A stretch of DNA of 64,000 nucleotides from Tubulanus polymorphus (taxonomy: Eukaryota > Animalia > Nemertea). The number at the start of each line of letters is the position of its first letter. Positions within the stretch are counted from its first letter, which is position 1. A program made the translations under genes and the position numbers. Shown piece by piece: positions 13,881 through 27,599 of the stretch. Below the pieces are notes generated by a model, which made no database searches, had not been told where the DNA came from, and saw nothing but the letters and a program-made list of their open reading frames with translations. Location: positions 20,668,210-20,732,209 of the forward strand of contig NC_134030.1 of the NCBI RefSeq assembly GCF_964204645.1. Direction: 5' to 3'.

Positions 13881-14267
13881 GAAATTAGTGAAACATTTGT
13901 TAACTCAAAAATAGATGACCCTGATTAAAAAAGGTAACTGTAAAAATACTTTACTACTGCCAATTCAGTGAAATATCAGCTGGCGACATAGATATTGATC
14001 ATCGTCTAAAAAATAATCAATTACAATTTCCAAGTTGACTTTATTACCATTACTCTGGCATTAAAAAAGAAATAACAGGCATCTGTTGAGGTGATTCATG
14101 TTCCTGTAAAGGTATATAAATCCACGGTGAAATCGAAATCGGCATCTTATCTTGGAAAAGAACTCATATCTGCAGGTAATAATTTTCTGTTGAAATATTG
14201 GAATATTGTAAGATTTAGAAAAAAAGATCTTTATGTGGTTTCGCATGTTCTTATTATTGTCTTCAGG

Positions 14268-16195
14268 ATGAAGTTAGTTTTCCTTGTCACGATGGCCCTC
14301 GTGGCCGTGGCTGCTGCCGGTAAGAGTTAAGATATAATGCCAACCAGTTTGGGATCGTTAACATCATGTTATGAATGAACTCAAACTTAACAATCAATTA
14401 CAATCAATCAACAATCAATTATCAATATACACAATTTGTAGGCATTGGTTACGATGATTCTACATCTGGATATGACGAGTCCATATACGGGGGTACTGTA
14501 TACGATGCCTCATACGGAGGCTCTGGCAATGACTATTCCACATCCGGAGGTTCTGGATATGAGACCAACTATGGAGGCTCTGGACATGATGAGTCGTACG
14601 GAGGCTCTGGATACGAAGACGATGGATATGATACCAACTATGGAGGCCCTGGATATGAGGCCACATACGGAGGCTCTCGATATGAAGACGATGGATATGA
14701 AACCAACTACGGAGGCTCCGGATATGAGGCCGCATACGGAGGTACTGGATACGAGGCCACTTATGGAGGTTCTGGATATGAGGACGATGGATATGAGACC
14801 AGCTACGGAGGCTCTGGATACGAGGCCACTTATGGAGGTTCTGGATATGAAGACGATGGATATGAGGCCAACTACGGAGGCTCTGGATATGAGGCCACTT
14901 ACGGCGGTGCTGGATACGAGGCCTCTTATGGAGACTCCGGATATGAGACCACTTATGGCGGCGCTGGATATGAGACCAACTACGGTGGCTCTGGATACGA
15001 TGCCACTTATGGAGGCTCTGGACATGAGACCAACTACGGAGGCACTGGTTATGATGATTCATATGGAGGCTCTGGATATGAGGCCACATATGGAGGTACT
15101 GGATATGAGGCCACTTATGGAGGCTCTGGACATGAGACCAACTACGGAGGCACTGGTTATGATGATTCATATGGAGGCTCTGGATATGAGGCCACATACG
15201 GAGGTACTGGATATGAGACCACTTATGGAGGCTCTGGACATGAGACCAACTACGGAGGCACTGGTTATGATGATTCATATGGAGGCTCTGGATATGAGGC
15301 CACATACGGAGGTACTGGATATGAGGCCACTTATGGAGGCTCTGGATACGAAGACGATGGGTATGAGACCAATTACGGAGGCTCTGGATATGAGACCACG
15401 AATGTAGAATATGGACGCTCTGATTACCCAAGTGAATCCTACCCAAGTGAATCATACCCAAGTGAATCCTACCCAAGTGAATCCTACCCAAGTGAATCCA
15501 ACCCAAGTGAATCATACCCAAGTGAATCATACCCAAGTGAATCATACCCAAGTGAATCCTACCCAAGTGAATCATACCCAAGTGAATCCTACCCAAGTGA
15601 ATCCTACCCAAGTGAATCCTACCCAAGTGAATCCTACCCAAGTGAATCATACCCAAGTGAATCTTACCCATCCGAGCCGAACCCAAGTGAATCCTACCCA
15701 AGTGAATCCTACCCAAGTGAATCCTACCCAAGTGAATCCAACCCAAGTGAATCATACCCAAGTGAATCATACCCAAGTGAATCATACCCAAGTGAATCCT
15801 ACCCAAGTGAATCATACCCAAGTGAATCCTACCCAAGTGAATCCTACCCAAGTGAATCCTACCCAAGTGAATCCTACCCAAGTGAATCCTACCCAAGTGA
15901 ATCATACCCAAGTGAATCTTACCCATCCGAGCCGAACCCAAGTGAATCCTACCCAAGTGAATCCAACCCCACTGAATCATACCCAAGTGAATCCTACCCA
16001 TCGGAAGCTTACCCAACAGAAGCTTACCCGACGGAAGCTTACCCGACGGAAGCTTACCCAACAGAAGCTTACCCGACGGAAGCTTACCCGACGGAAGCTT
16101 ACCCAACAGAAGCTTACCCGACGGAAGCTTACCCGACGGAAGCTTACCCAACAGAAGCTTACCCGACGGAAAGCAGTTATTACGCACCAGCCTAA
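14268..16195 (+). CDS. Secreted diblock repeat protein, paralogue GY4 (~601 aa; GYEATYGG block plus YPSES/YPTEA block)
   Basis: CDS join(14268..14319,14442..16195), in the frame of ORF 14375..16195. Signal [17 protein letters not shown]; TATATAAA at 14113; 3'UTR intron 16223..16735; AATAAA at 16807. Confidence 0.9.
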
Positions 16196-16347
16196 TGGTC
16201 GACGTAGCGGATTTACATAAATGTAAGTTGTAAATCAATTTTCACGTGAATATTTGAAAAGCAATTGTGCTAAATAAGAATGACAATGTCTAACGGCCCT
16301 GTCATGCTATGGCACCTTCACCCCACGTACCATTGCATATGCGAATT

Positions 16348-16575
16348 CATCCTCCCTCGGCAGGGTTTCGAACCCTTCACTCAGCCACGGCACGAAACCC
16401 ATGCCACACTAGACTGGGACACATGTACATGCGCAGGTTTACCGCGAGACAACTTGCGGCACCAATCAGATCGCTCGGAAAATTACAAACGGAAAAACTG
16501 GGCTAAAACTGGATCTCTGATTGGCTGGTAATGATGGTAGCGGTGCATTCGCACCCGATACCATCAGGTTCGAAT
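16348..16575. mobile_element. Truncated copy of the CATCCTCCC MITE in the GY4 3'UTR intron
   Basis: One intact terminus plus internal similarity (ccaatcagat..., gggctaaaact) to 10819-11140 in the opposite orientation. Confidence 0.7.
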
Positions 16576-17169
16576 ATATGTTTTGCGTTAGTTCTGTATA
16601 AGTACTGAACACGCAAGTTCTTCGTAGTACGGCGGAATCGCGCGCGTGTCTTGGACTCCTAGTTCAACGTATGTCAGTGTGTTGCTAACAGGTCACTGCG
16701 ACCATAGAATTATAAAGTTTTCATTTACATTTCAGGACCTCAATGCGCCAAGTGAATGTGTGGCCAAAATTCTGACGTGGTTTCATTTAGTGTAACAATC
16801 CTGCGAAATAAAATATTCTAAAACCATATAAAATGAGTTGTTTAGTTTTTCTTGTTAATCCAGGGTTAAGCCGTTTGAATCCTAGTGATAGCAGTCATTC
16901 AGATTGGTTTACTGGTCTCTCATCAATCTAAGATTCATTTGTTAGTCAACGTGAACGAAAGTTACGACCACAGAAAACCCAGGAGTCGATTTTCGGGGAA
17001 ATATCTGATGAAATGATATGACGTTGAGCGTTGATGATATGATGTTGAGCGAAAACTACAATTGCTAGATGAATATATGACTATAAATTGAAATGATACT
17101 TATTCTAGTTGAAAGTAAGTGTCTATTATCTAATTTTCCAGTTTTACAGCAAGTATGAATCAAAATTCC

Positions 17170-17810
17170 ATTCTTAGCAATCAAAGAACATTGAAAATGA
17201 ACCCATTCAAGCAATCATACTGTATTCGCAACGTTGTGGTGGATACGTACGTTAATCTCCATCGAGTCGGAATCTTTGAGTGAAACTGGATCCATCGCAA
17301 ATCAAATAATGGTGACGATCACTCTTATAACCGGGGAGGTACCATTAGTTGGTTCAATGTGTCACCATCGCGGATATGGTGTACGACGCATTGTTATCAT
17401 TGCAATAGAAAATGTCTGCGGATGTTCATATTGTGACATGAACATTTATTCGAAACAGGTGCTGGTAAAGACCTGAAAAAATTGAACTTGTTTCGGAAAA
17501 ATGGCAAAGGGGTTGTAATAATCCTAAAAAGAATAATTCTGGAGGGAAGAAAAAATAAAATGGGACGTCGAGTATCTTTTCGAAAGATTCGGGTTACTTC
17601 TGAGATATCAAAGCAAAAAGGAAATGCACAGCCGATCTGAAAACGTACAACAAAATAGCATATCATCTTGAAAACAGATCGCTGTATTATCAACATCGAT
17701 AAAAACACAATATCCGTGTTGTAGCGATGATACAGAGAGGATCCCGCAATAAAGAGAGGATCCGACAGAGAGGGTCCAATGGTCATCTTTAGGAATGCTA
17801 GAGTACTCCT
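17170..17810. repeat. Unclassified degenerate dispersed repeat (copies at ~21905-22560 and ~24330-24660)
   Basis: Shared blocks gtggatac..., tgcaatagaaaatgt and ttcga(a/g)acagg in all three copies, plus cgaaagattcgg.ttacttctgagata in the first two. Confidence 0.65.
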
Positions 17811-19122
17811 GAAGTTTGTTTTTTCGTCATTATTGTAGGATTCTCTCTACATTTATTCTAGTTGTATTATTAATTCAATTTTGCTATATTGTAATAGATA
17901 AACGAACTGAATGCCAAATCTTTCGACTCTCAACCCACCGAACATCAGGTATAGGCGCTATCGGCACCGTTTTTTTATCATCGGTTGGATTCCGGATCTG
18001 GCGGACGAAGACTTTTCCGATTCTTCGTATAAAAAGACCATTTTATTTTCATCTTTTCCCCCTTATTCTTAAGCTCAGATATGGAAATAAAAACAAAATT
18101 TATCATGATCCTCTTTCCACTGCCATATCATCTTTTTGACATCAAACTAAAAAAAGTCACGGAAACAATGGGTGTCTTTAATGGATCTATTCGTCGGGTT
18201 TGTTCAGTAAATAGCGTCAGTTATGACAATAGACAATTTTATGTACCATTATCCTGTAACAACCTCCAAAATAGAGCAATTTTGAGAGATTATTTTTTTA
18301 TTTCTATCTTTATTTTTTCCCCATTCCGCAATCATTACAAGTCCATAAAATTCATCCAATTTCATAAAAAAGAAAAACGTCCTAAGATAATTTCTTTTCC
18401 CTAACGGGCAAAAGAAAATCCGTTGACCGGAAAACTCAGCAGGATTTGAACCGTTAAATCCTGGATTACAGTTAGCGCAAGCTCCCGATCAATGGCCGTT
18501 TTCTGGACTTCATTTCCAAATCTCTCTTCGATGTAAAATGCTCTGACGCTCACTAAAAGCACAGATATCCATTCTAGTAGTGGTTTTCTTGTAAATGATC
18601 GATTATAGTCCCCATAGCCCCATGTTATGAAAACATATGAAAGATTCTGTGAATTTGTGGCTAAATCTTAAAAACAGCATATTTAACAAAAAACAATAAA
18701 ATGTTTTGTCATTGTCGTCATCTTAGCATAAAAACATTTTGCAACCTGTTCACAAACTAAATGTAAAAAATAAGGCATTTTCAAAAATGTAATCAATTAC
18801 GCTTTTCAATTCTACTTTAACGGGGCATTATCTAACAAATAAAGGAAACATGTGGAAGTGATTCATGTCCTGGTAAAGGTATAAAAACCCACTTCGAAAT
18901 CCAACCAGATATCTTATCTTGGAAAAGGACTTTCTTGTTGTTAACAAGACTGCAGGTAAGAATAAATAATATAAAAGTTAGAATTGTCGATTAATTCCAC
19001 GGTTTTTAAACACCGTTTCTATCGCAAAAGGCCATAATATTTCGTGATATTCATGTATCTCTTGTATCACATCGACATTGATAATCTTTGTCGCTTTCAT
19101 GTCTGTTTTCATTGTCTACAGG

Positions 19123-20366
19123 ATGAAGTTAGTTTTCCTTGTCATGATGGTCCTTGTGGCCTTGGCTTCAGCCGGTAAGATTCCATCTTAACCAATTTAG
19201 GATTAGATTATCATCTTGAACTAAATGAATTGACATTAAATCACGAGGCAACGTTTTCAGGTCGTGGGTATGAAGAGAGAGGATACGGAGAAAGTGGATA
19301 TGGAGGTAATGGCTATGAAGAATCATACGGACGTGGATTCGAAGAAAGTGGATACGGAGGTCATGAGGAGTCATACGGAGGTCGTGGTCATGAGGAGTCA
19401 TACATTGGTGGATACGGAGGTCATGAGGAGTCATACGGAGGTGGAGATGGAGGTTATGAAGAGTCATACATTGGTGGATACGGAGGTGGACACGGACGTG
19501 GATACGGAGGTTATGAAGAGTCATACAGTGGTGGATACGGAGGTGGACACGGACGTGGATACGGAGGTTATGAAGAGTCATACAGTGGTGGATACGGAGG
19601 TGGACATGGAGGTGGTTACGGAGGTTATGAAGAGTCATACATTGGTGGATACGGAGGTGGACATGGAGGTGGTTATGGAGGTTATGAAGAGTCATACAGT
19701 GGTGGATACGGAGGTGGACACGGACGTGGATACGGAGGTTATGACGAGTTATACATTGGTGGATACGGAGGTTATGAAGAGTCATACGGAGGTGGGCATG
19801 GAGGTGGTTACGGAGGTCATGAAGAGTCATACATTGGTGGTTATGGCGGTTATGAAGAGTCATACAGTGGTGGATACGGAGGTGGACATGGAGGTGGTTA
19901 CGGAGGTCATGAAGAGTCATACGGAGGTCGATACGTGGGCAATGTATATGAAGTCGGATACGGAGGTGGAAATAGGGGCTATGGACGTTCTGAGTACGCA
20001 CAGCCTGTTAGCGGCTACACGGCGCCTGGTGATACAAGTGACTATGAACCTGACACTAGCGGCTACACAGCACCTGGTGATACTAGTGGAGATGGATATC
20101 AAGGTTATGGACGTTCTGACTACCCACCTACTGGTGATACTAGTGACTATGCACCTGATACTAGCGACTACGCACCTCCTGGTGATACTAGCGACTACCC
20201 ACCTACTGGTGATACTAGCGACTACCCACCACCTGGTGATACTAGCGACTACGCACCTCCTGGTGATACTAGTGACTATGCACCTGATAGTAGCGACTAC
20301 GCACCTCCTGGTGATACTAGCGACTACCCACCTGATACTGGTGGTACACTTCCACCAGACGCATAA
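19123..20366 (+). CDS. Secreted Gly/Tyr/His/Glu-rich repeat protein, paralogue GY5 (~385 aa)
   Basis: CDS join(19123..19174,19261..20366). Signal [27 protein letters not shown] repeats, GYGRSEY and PGDTSDY repeats. TATA at 18880; 3'UTR intron ~20395..20818. Confidence 0.9.
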
Positions 20367-21595
20367 GAGGTTGCACGGCACAGGTAAAATAAATGTAAGT
20401 TCTCATAATCAATACGTACGCATTTTACCCTCTTTTGCATTCAGTTCGTTTTCCTCGCGTAAAGGAAACTAAAGCGACATTCTGAATAAAACCGGGGTCG
20501 CCAGATGCACAGTCGAGGCTCAGATTTCTGACCAGCCTATAGATTCCGGCCCGATTCTATAGTCAAACTTAAAACAAAGAAATTGTCTTATGACTTGAGA
20601 CCACTTTTGGATGACCACGCGGGGAAACCATACGGAATAGATTAATAAACCAGTTTTGTGTTAGCCTGGAGTAATCATTGTAAATGAATTTTGGGTTGAC
20701 ATTCTTGTTGAAAGTATACACTAAGTCAATAAAACTGTGTATTGGATCGGGTTTCACAATATGATTCACAATGTCCCGTATCGCATCGAATATCTCTATG
20801 TGATATTTTCCTTTATAGGAACCCGATGATTCAAGAGCTGCTCAAACCAGGACCGACGTCATGGGTTTCATTTATTGTAGCATTCCGCAAAAGAAAATTT
20901 AACAAAATAATACGAGTTTTTTTTTCCTTTTTATTGCGTGATGAATTTTCAAAAGTTGTGTCTGCTGCAATCGTCGTTAAAGTGACTGAGTTGCTTCATC
21001 GTAACGCCAATACAAAAACAAACTTTCAGTAAGAACAACAGTTTACGAGATGGGAATAAACCTTCGTGATAATCATGCTGAAGATGATTTGATCTGTTAG
21101 ATAAAGGGTGCTCCCACCATTAAACACACGCTTGCACACCTGGCTACAGAACCGTTCCGATTTACAAGTGGCAAATTGAATCGAATCGATATAATTCAAT
21201 TCGATTTAATCTTTATTGCACCGTAATATATAAATGGCATTATTGGCTTTTTACTATGAAGAGGAGAACAAGAATCAAGTGTCAAAAAGAAGAGTACATG
21301 TATATATGACGAGCATTATCTTATAGACAATAACCACAGACTACCACCAATAAATGCTCGATCTTGAAATACGAACGTCGCTGCATATGCGAAATCGGTT
21401 GTCCACGTTATGGTTTTGCCTCGGCTCAGCGGGCCGAACCAATTCACAATGAAAGGGCTCTGGTTCTCGGTGACCCGACTAGAATCACTGCATAGTGCAC
21501 CAGCTCACGAGCGACAGATCCCAACGACTCTGACGCGTCTAAACAAGATTTGACAACCATGACAATTAGTTGTCGAATAAACACTATGTATATGA

Positions 21596-21850
21596 AGAAA
21601 TCCCACACTTCGAATTTAAAATTATACGATTGAATTAGTTATTATGAAACCACAACGTTTCGGCCGTTGACTAGCAGCCATCATCAGGTGGAATGACCAG
21701 GAAAACAAGTAACAAAGCATATAAACTCACAGGATCTAAAATAGAAGCAGTGTGTCAAAACTAAAGATAAACAGACCAAGCAATAAAAACAACAAGGAGT
21801 ACCGTTGAAACAACAGCAATTCTAAACAGTTCTGAGTAAAAACAAATACT
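21596..21850 (-). mobile_element. Penelope-like pLTR remnant carrying a hammerhead ribozyme motif
   Basis: ~250-bp repeat also present at ~39950-40200; contains the hammerhead core at 21691-21650. Confidence 0.65.
21650..21691 (-). ncRNA. Minimal type I hammerhead ribozyme motif
   Basis: The - strand reads CCAC-CTGATGA-T-GGCTG-CTAGTCAA-CGGCC-GAAACGTT-GTGG: conserved core, stems I and II, and a palindromic minimal stem III. Confidence 0.75.
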
Positions 21851-24800
21851 TAGTTCATCGGTCAGAGTCAAAATCTTACTCTTAACATATGAATAGAACA
21901 TCGAACATGAACCCTTCGAGCAATCATGCTTAACTCAAAACGGTTTAGTGGATAAGTACGTTACTCTCCGTCGAATCTGAGTCTTCGGGTGAAACTATGG
22001 ATCCTTCGCGATGCAAATAAACCTGATGTTTCGTCATATAAAGAAGGATGTACCATCAGTCTGTTCAATGTGTCAACATCGCGAATGCGGTTTATAAATA
22101 GTAATCGTTGCAATAGAAAATGTCCGCGAATGTTCACATCGCAACATAATCATCATTCATTCGAAACAGAAGCTGGTTAAGACTCGAGCGGTTAAAAAAA
22201 TGAAACTTCTTCGAAAATTTTGAAGGTGTTGCAATTCTAAAAATAAATAATTCTGAAGTGAAAAACAAATGAAATGGCACATCGATTATGTTTCCGAAAG
22301 ATTCGGATTACTTCTGAGATACTACAGCAAAATGGAAATAAATGGACGGCCGGTCCGAAACGTCCAAAAAAATTTGAATGTCTTCTCGGAAACTGTTCGC
22401 TGCATTTTCAACATCGATAAAGAAACTATATCCGTGTCTGACGATAACATAGAGAGAATCCCACATAACGACGACGAAAAAGTTTCCCAGAATTAAGTCG
22501 AGGTTTCGACTATATTCCAATGGCCATCATCTTCAGGAATACGAGACTATACTGAGGATGATGTACCGGCTAGGCAGATTTGTGGAAACTCTGCGCCCGG
22601 CAGGCAGGATTTTATTTCTATTAAAAACAAATTCATATTGTAACTTACTAAAAAGGATTGAAATTAACAATTATGGATATAAGGCCAAAAAAGATGCCTT
22701 GTTTCTCATCACAGTTTAGTTTCTTACCATGGCGAGGGCGGGCGGTTTTTATTTCTATGCACTTTTTTAAAAAAGTAGAAATAAAAAGAACTGTTTAAAT
22801 TTTTTTGGAGTTGCGGGGAGGTGTCTTTTCATTTTTATAATTAAAACAGTAAAATATCCCTCTGACATATTCTCTTCAGATGCGGGAAGTAGGTGTTTTA
22901 TCCAAAGCACCACATTTGCACGAAAAATAAAAGAGAAATCGCTTGGAAATGAGGATCACTCCTGAAATAAAACCCGGAAGTAGCTCAACAGCGACCTTGG
23001 CATTTGACATAGGCCGACGGTAACCGAATCCGTTGATATGGGTTCGAGTCACCAGTGGTGCCGATGATATATATATCATCGACTTTTCTTGATTCGTTCA
23101 TAGTGAAATAAAATGATAAAAAGGTGACAATATGCTTATTATATCAATGCGGTCGGGCGGATTTTAATCTTTATAAAAAACACGCCCTAGTAATTTCGTC
23201 ATCTTAGCACAAATTGTTTTGAGACCTGTTCACAAATTATATGTGAAAAAATTTAAAAAAATAAAATGAACGAAAAGAATATTTCGTTCGAACGAAAAAA
23301 AATATATTCATTTCTCACCATGATCCTTCCGGGGCTCCGTAAATGGTAACGGGGTGGACAATAAAACACGGCCGCGGCTCTACAGCATGCAGCCGATAAC
23401 CAATCGCCTTAATCTTCTAAATATCAAAGACAATAACCATTACAGAATATGTTTTTATCATAGATAGATATTTACAATTATATAGATAGTTATTGTAATT
23501 GTACTAGATTGTAAATCAGAATAATTGACAGTACTGACTTATCATGGACCGGTATTAAACTTTTTAAGCCCACTTTCAAATTAGTTGGAGTGCGGATCCG
23601 AATCCCAGAATTCTGCAAAAATCATCAAATTAAAAAAACAGGTTTAGCCATCTTTTGTTTTTTCATCACAATTTCGGTTTAAAAAGGCCTGATCATGACA
23701 TGGGACGCGCGGCCGCTGTGGTGTGAAAATGTTAATGTTAGAATACGAATGTTAACGATGTAAAGGTGGAATCCATTTGAAAATACAAGTTTTGTCAAAC
23801 TTATCTGAAGCGAAGTGAGAGGATGATCTTTTTTTCTTATATAGGCTATAACATCCGTTCAAAATCATCCTCTTACAAATATATTTTGAATTTGCTTTTT
23901 CGTTTAGAAGATGCTGAGGTACTTTTCATCTAATCTCGATGAAAGTTACGATCGCTGAATACTATCGGCTCGTTTTCTGGGGACAATGTTTAGATGTAAC
24001 ATGACTTCGAAGGTAGTGATTTTTGGATAGTAAGCTTATTTTAGTCGACACATAGAAATATGACTATTAAGTAAACCTTTGATAACAAGCTTATTTCAAT
24101 GGACAAACTTAACTAACAAGTGTCGATCTGAACTTCCAGTTCCACAGTAAGAAATAATCAACCTCCTGTTTCGCTCCCGGCAGGTGTGGCGCGTTGTTGC
24201 GGGACCTCAATCAAATAAATCAAACTGAATTTACCAATTAAATGAATAACAGGGACAATCTGCATTTTAAGTTAAATGAATCATGACTTTTAGCATAATT
24301 AGCATGTCTTTTATAAATAGAGCATTTAAGCTAGTCATGCAATCACAAATTACTCATTAATAAGGTGTTAGTGGATACATACGTTGTTGTCGATCGAATC
24401 CGAGTCTTCGATTGAAATTGAATCCGTCGTAAATCAAATGATACTGAAATTCTGTGTTATAAACGGGGAGGTGCCGTCAGTCTGTTCAATATGTCACCTA
24501 CCGCGCGAATGTGGTTTACAAATAGTTATCATTGCAATAGAAAATGTGTTGACATTCATATTGCGTCAAAATCATCATTTATTCGAGACAGGTGCAGTTA
24601 AAGACAAAGTAAAAAAAAAAGTAAAAGACAAATGAAATGCTCTGCGACAATTGAAAAGGCATTGTATTTCTCAGATTCTCAAATGAAAAAATAAACAGAT
24701 CCTGAGTTAGTATACGATGCCAAATCTAAGTTATCCAGTTTTTCAATTTTCGAACAGTGAAATCACTTCACTTAAAGAATCCTTCTGTATAATCCACTGA

Positions 24801-25588
24801 GAGTGCAGACTACTTCATATGATACTCATTTGTCAAACATGAACTTTTTCACCAGGATAGAATTTGTATATTGTAATAATCCTTTTTTGTTTTACTTTTT
24901 CTGCTCAATGAGCATTGTACTTTGCTGTACGATTGATAATGAAATAATAATAAATGATAAAATAATTCTAAGAAACCAGTCGATGAACAGACCTTGTCCG
25001 GACCGTCCATATTTCTAATGGGTTCCGAATAAACTTAGCTCCGACAGTCCCTAAAAGTAAAGATATCGATGTTAATGGCGATACGAAAGGTATATGAAAA
25101 AGTGTATGAAAGGTTTCGTAAAATGTTAGCTAATTCCTAAGACGGTACATGCAAATAGGGTTGAAATATCTAGTCAACATTCGTCATCCCAGTATAGAAT
25201 GTAATACAACCTGTTCACAAACTAAACGTGAAAAATGAGGCATTCTCTCAAATGTAATCAATTACGTGTTTCAAGTCGACATTAACGGGAGCATTATCTA
25301 ACAAATAAACGAAACATGTGGAAGTGATTCATGTCCTGGTAAAGGTATAAAAGCCCACTTCGAAATCCAACCAGACATCTTATCCTGGAAAAGAACTATC
25401 TTGTTGTTAACAAAACTGCAGGTAAGAATAAACAATATAAAAGTTAGAATTGTCGATTAATTCCAGGGTTTTTAAACGACGTTTCTATCGCAAAAGGCCA
25501 TATTATTTCATGATATTCATGTATCTCTTGTATCACATCGACATTGATAATCTTTGTCGCTTTCATGTCTGTTTTCATTGTCTACAGG

Positions 25589-27012
25589 ATGAAGTTAGTT
25601 TTCCTTGTCATGATGGCCCTTGTGGCCTTGGCTTCAGCCGGTAAGATTCCATGTTAACCAATTTAGGATTAGATTATCATCTTGAACTAAATGAATTGAC
25701 ATTAAATCACGAGGCGACGTTTTCAGGTCGTGGGTATGAAGAGAGAGGATACGGAGAAAGTGGATATGGAGGTTATGAAGATTCATTTAAAGGTGGATAC
25801 GGAGGTCATGATGAGTCATACGGAGGTGGAGATGGAGGTTATGAAGATTCATACGGAGGTGGACATGGAGGTGGTTATGGAGGTTATGAAGAGTCATACA
25901 GTGGTGGATACGGAGGTTATGAAGAGTCATACGGAGGTGACCATGGAGGTGGTTATGGAGGTCATGAAGAGTCATACAGTGGTGGATACGGAGGTGGACA
26001 TGGAGGTGGTTACGGAGGTCATGAAGAGTCATACATTGGTGGATACGGAGGTCATGAAGAGTCATACGGAGGTGAAGATGGAGGTGGTTATGGAGGTCAT
26101 GAAGAGTCATACATTGGTGGATACGGAGGTCATGAAGAGTCATACGGAGGTGAACATGGAGGTGGTTATGGAGGTTATGAAGAGTCATACAGTGGTGGAT
26201 ACGGAGGTGGACATGGAGGTGGTTACGGAGGTCATGAAGGGTCATACGGAGGTGAACATGGAGGTGGTTATGGAGGTCATGAAGATTCATACATTGGTGG
26301 ATACGGAGGTCATGAAGAGTCATACGGAGGTGAACATGGAGGTGGTTACGGAGGCTATGAAGAGTCATACAGTGGCGGATACGGAGGTGGACATGGAGGT
26401 GGTTACGGAGGTCATGAAGAGTCATACGGAGGTCGAGACGTGGGCAATGTATATGAAGTCGGATACGGAGGTGGAAATAGGGGCTATGGACGTTCTGAGT
26501 ACGCACAGCCTGTTAGCGGCTACACGGCGCCTGGTGATACAAGTGACTATGAACCTGACACTAGCGGCTACACAGCACCTGGTGATACTAGTGGAGATGG
26601 ATATCAGGGTTATGGACGTTCTGACTATACAGAGCCTGATAGCGACTACCCAGCTCCTGGTGATACTAGCGACTACCCAGCTCCTGGTGATACAAGCGAC
26701 TACCCACCTCCTGGTGATACTAGCGACTACCCACCTACTGGTGATACTAGCGACTACCCACCTCCTGGTGATACTAGCGACTATCCACCTCCTGATGATA
26801 CTAGCGACTACCCACCTCCTGGTGATACTAGCGACTACCCACCGCCTGGTGATACTAGCGACTATCCACCTCCTGGTGATACTAGCGACTACCCACCACC
26901 TGGTGATACTAGCGACTACCCACCTCCTGGTGATACTAGCGACTACCCACCTCCTGGTGATACTAGCGACTACCCACCTCCTGGTGATACTAGCGACTAC
27001 GCACCGGCCTAA
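25589..27012 (+). CDS. Secreted Gly/Tyr/His/Glu-rich repeat protein, paralogue GY6 (~445 aa)
   Basis: CDS join(25589..25640,25727..27012). Recent duplicate of GY5 with an expanded PPPGDTSDY array. TATA at 25346; 3'UTR intron 27041..27952; AATAAA at ~28025. Confidence 0.9.
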
Positions 27013-27599
27013 TAGGTTCCACAGCAACGGTGAAATAAACGTAAGTTTTAAAAATCGATACCGTTTTTAACCCTCCTTTTCATCTAGTTGTCATCGTGTA
27101 TTAAACGAAACTAAATCGACATTCAAAATGAATGTCGCCAGTTCCACATTCAAGGTTCAGATTTCTGACCAGCCTACATCCGGCCAGATTTTAGTCAAAA
27201 TTACAAAAAAAGAACTTGTCTTACGATTTGAAAAGTTACACTGAGCCTGTAAAACCGTGCATAGGATCCTGTTTCACAATATAGCGATAAGCGCTTTACG
27301 CTCATAGAATATCAAATAGATGTAATCATGAATATATCTGTAGAATTTATCTTTAGATAGACAGATAAGACATATAAGATAGATAGATTCTTTATTAACG
27401 CGATATACATCATTAATTTGACATTTTTATCTTAAATAGAACAATTTCGACAGCCGGCCCGCTGGGTCTATATGTCACCTAAAAGTTTACGGTGGTCACC
27501 TTCTACAAAATAAAAAAGAAATATGTTAGAATACATAAATATAGAACAGTTTATCGAATTTGTTTCCGTTTTTCAAAGATCTGATGTATGTAGGAATCT

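Noticed and set aside
15421-15990. Fam20C S-x-E phosphorylation array in the YPSES repeats
   Set aside because: In Y-P-S-E-S neither Ser has Glu at +2, so the canonical motif is not met. Phosphorylation by other kinases cannot be judged from sequence.
15421-16175. Regular 15-bp repeat array resembling a CRISPR array or satellite
   Set aside because: There are no unique spacers and no cas genes; it is the coding YPSES/YPTEA repeat of GY4 in a eukaryotic locus.
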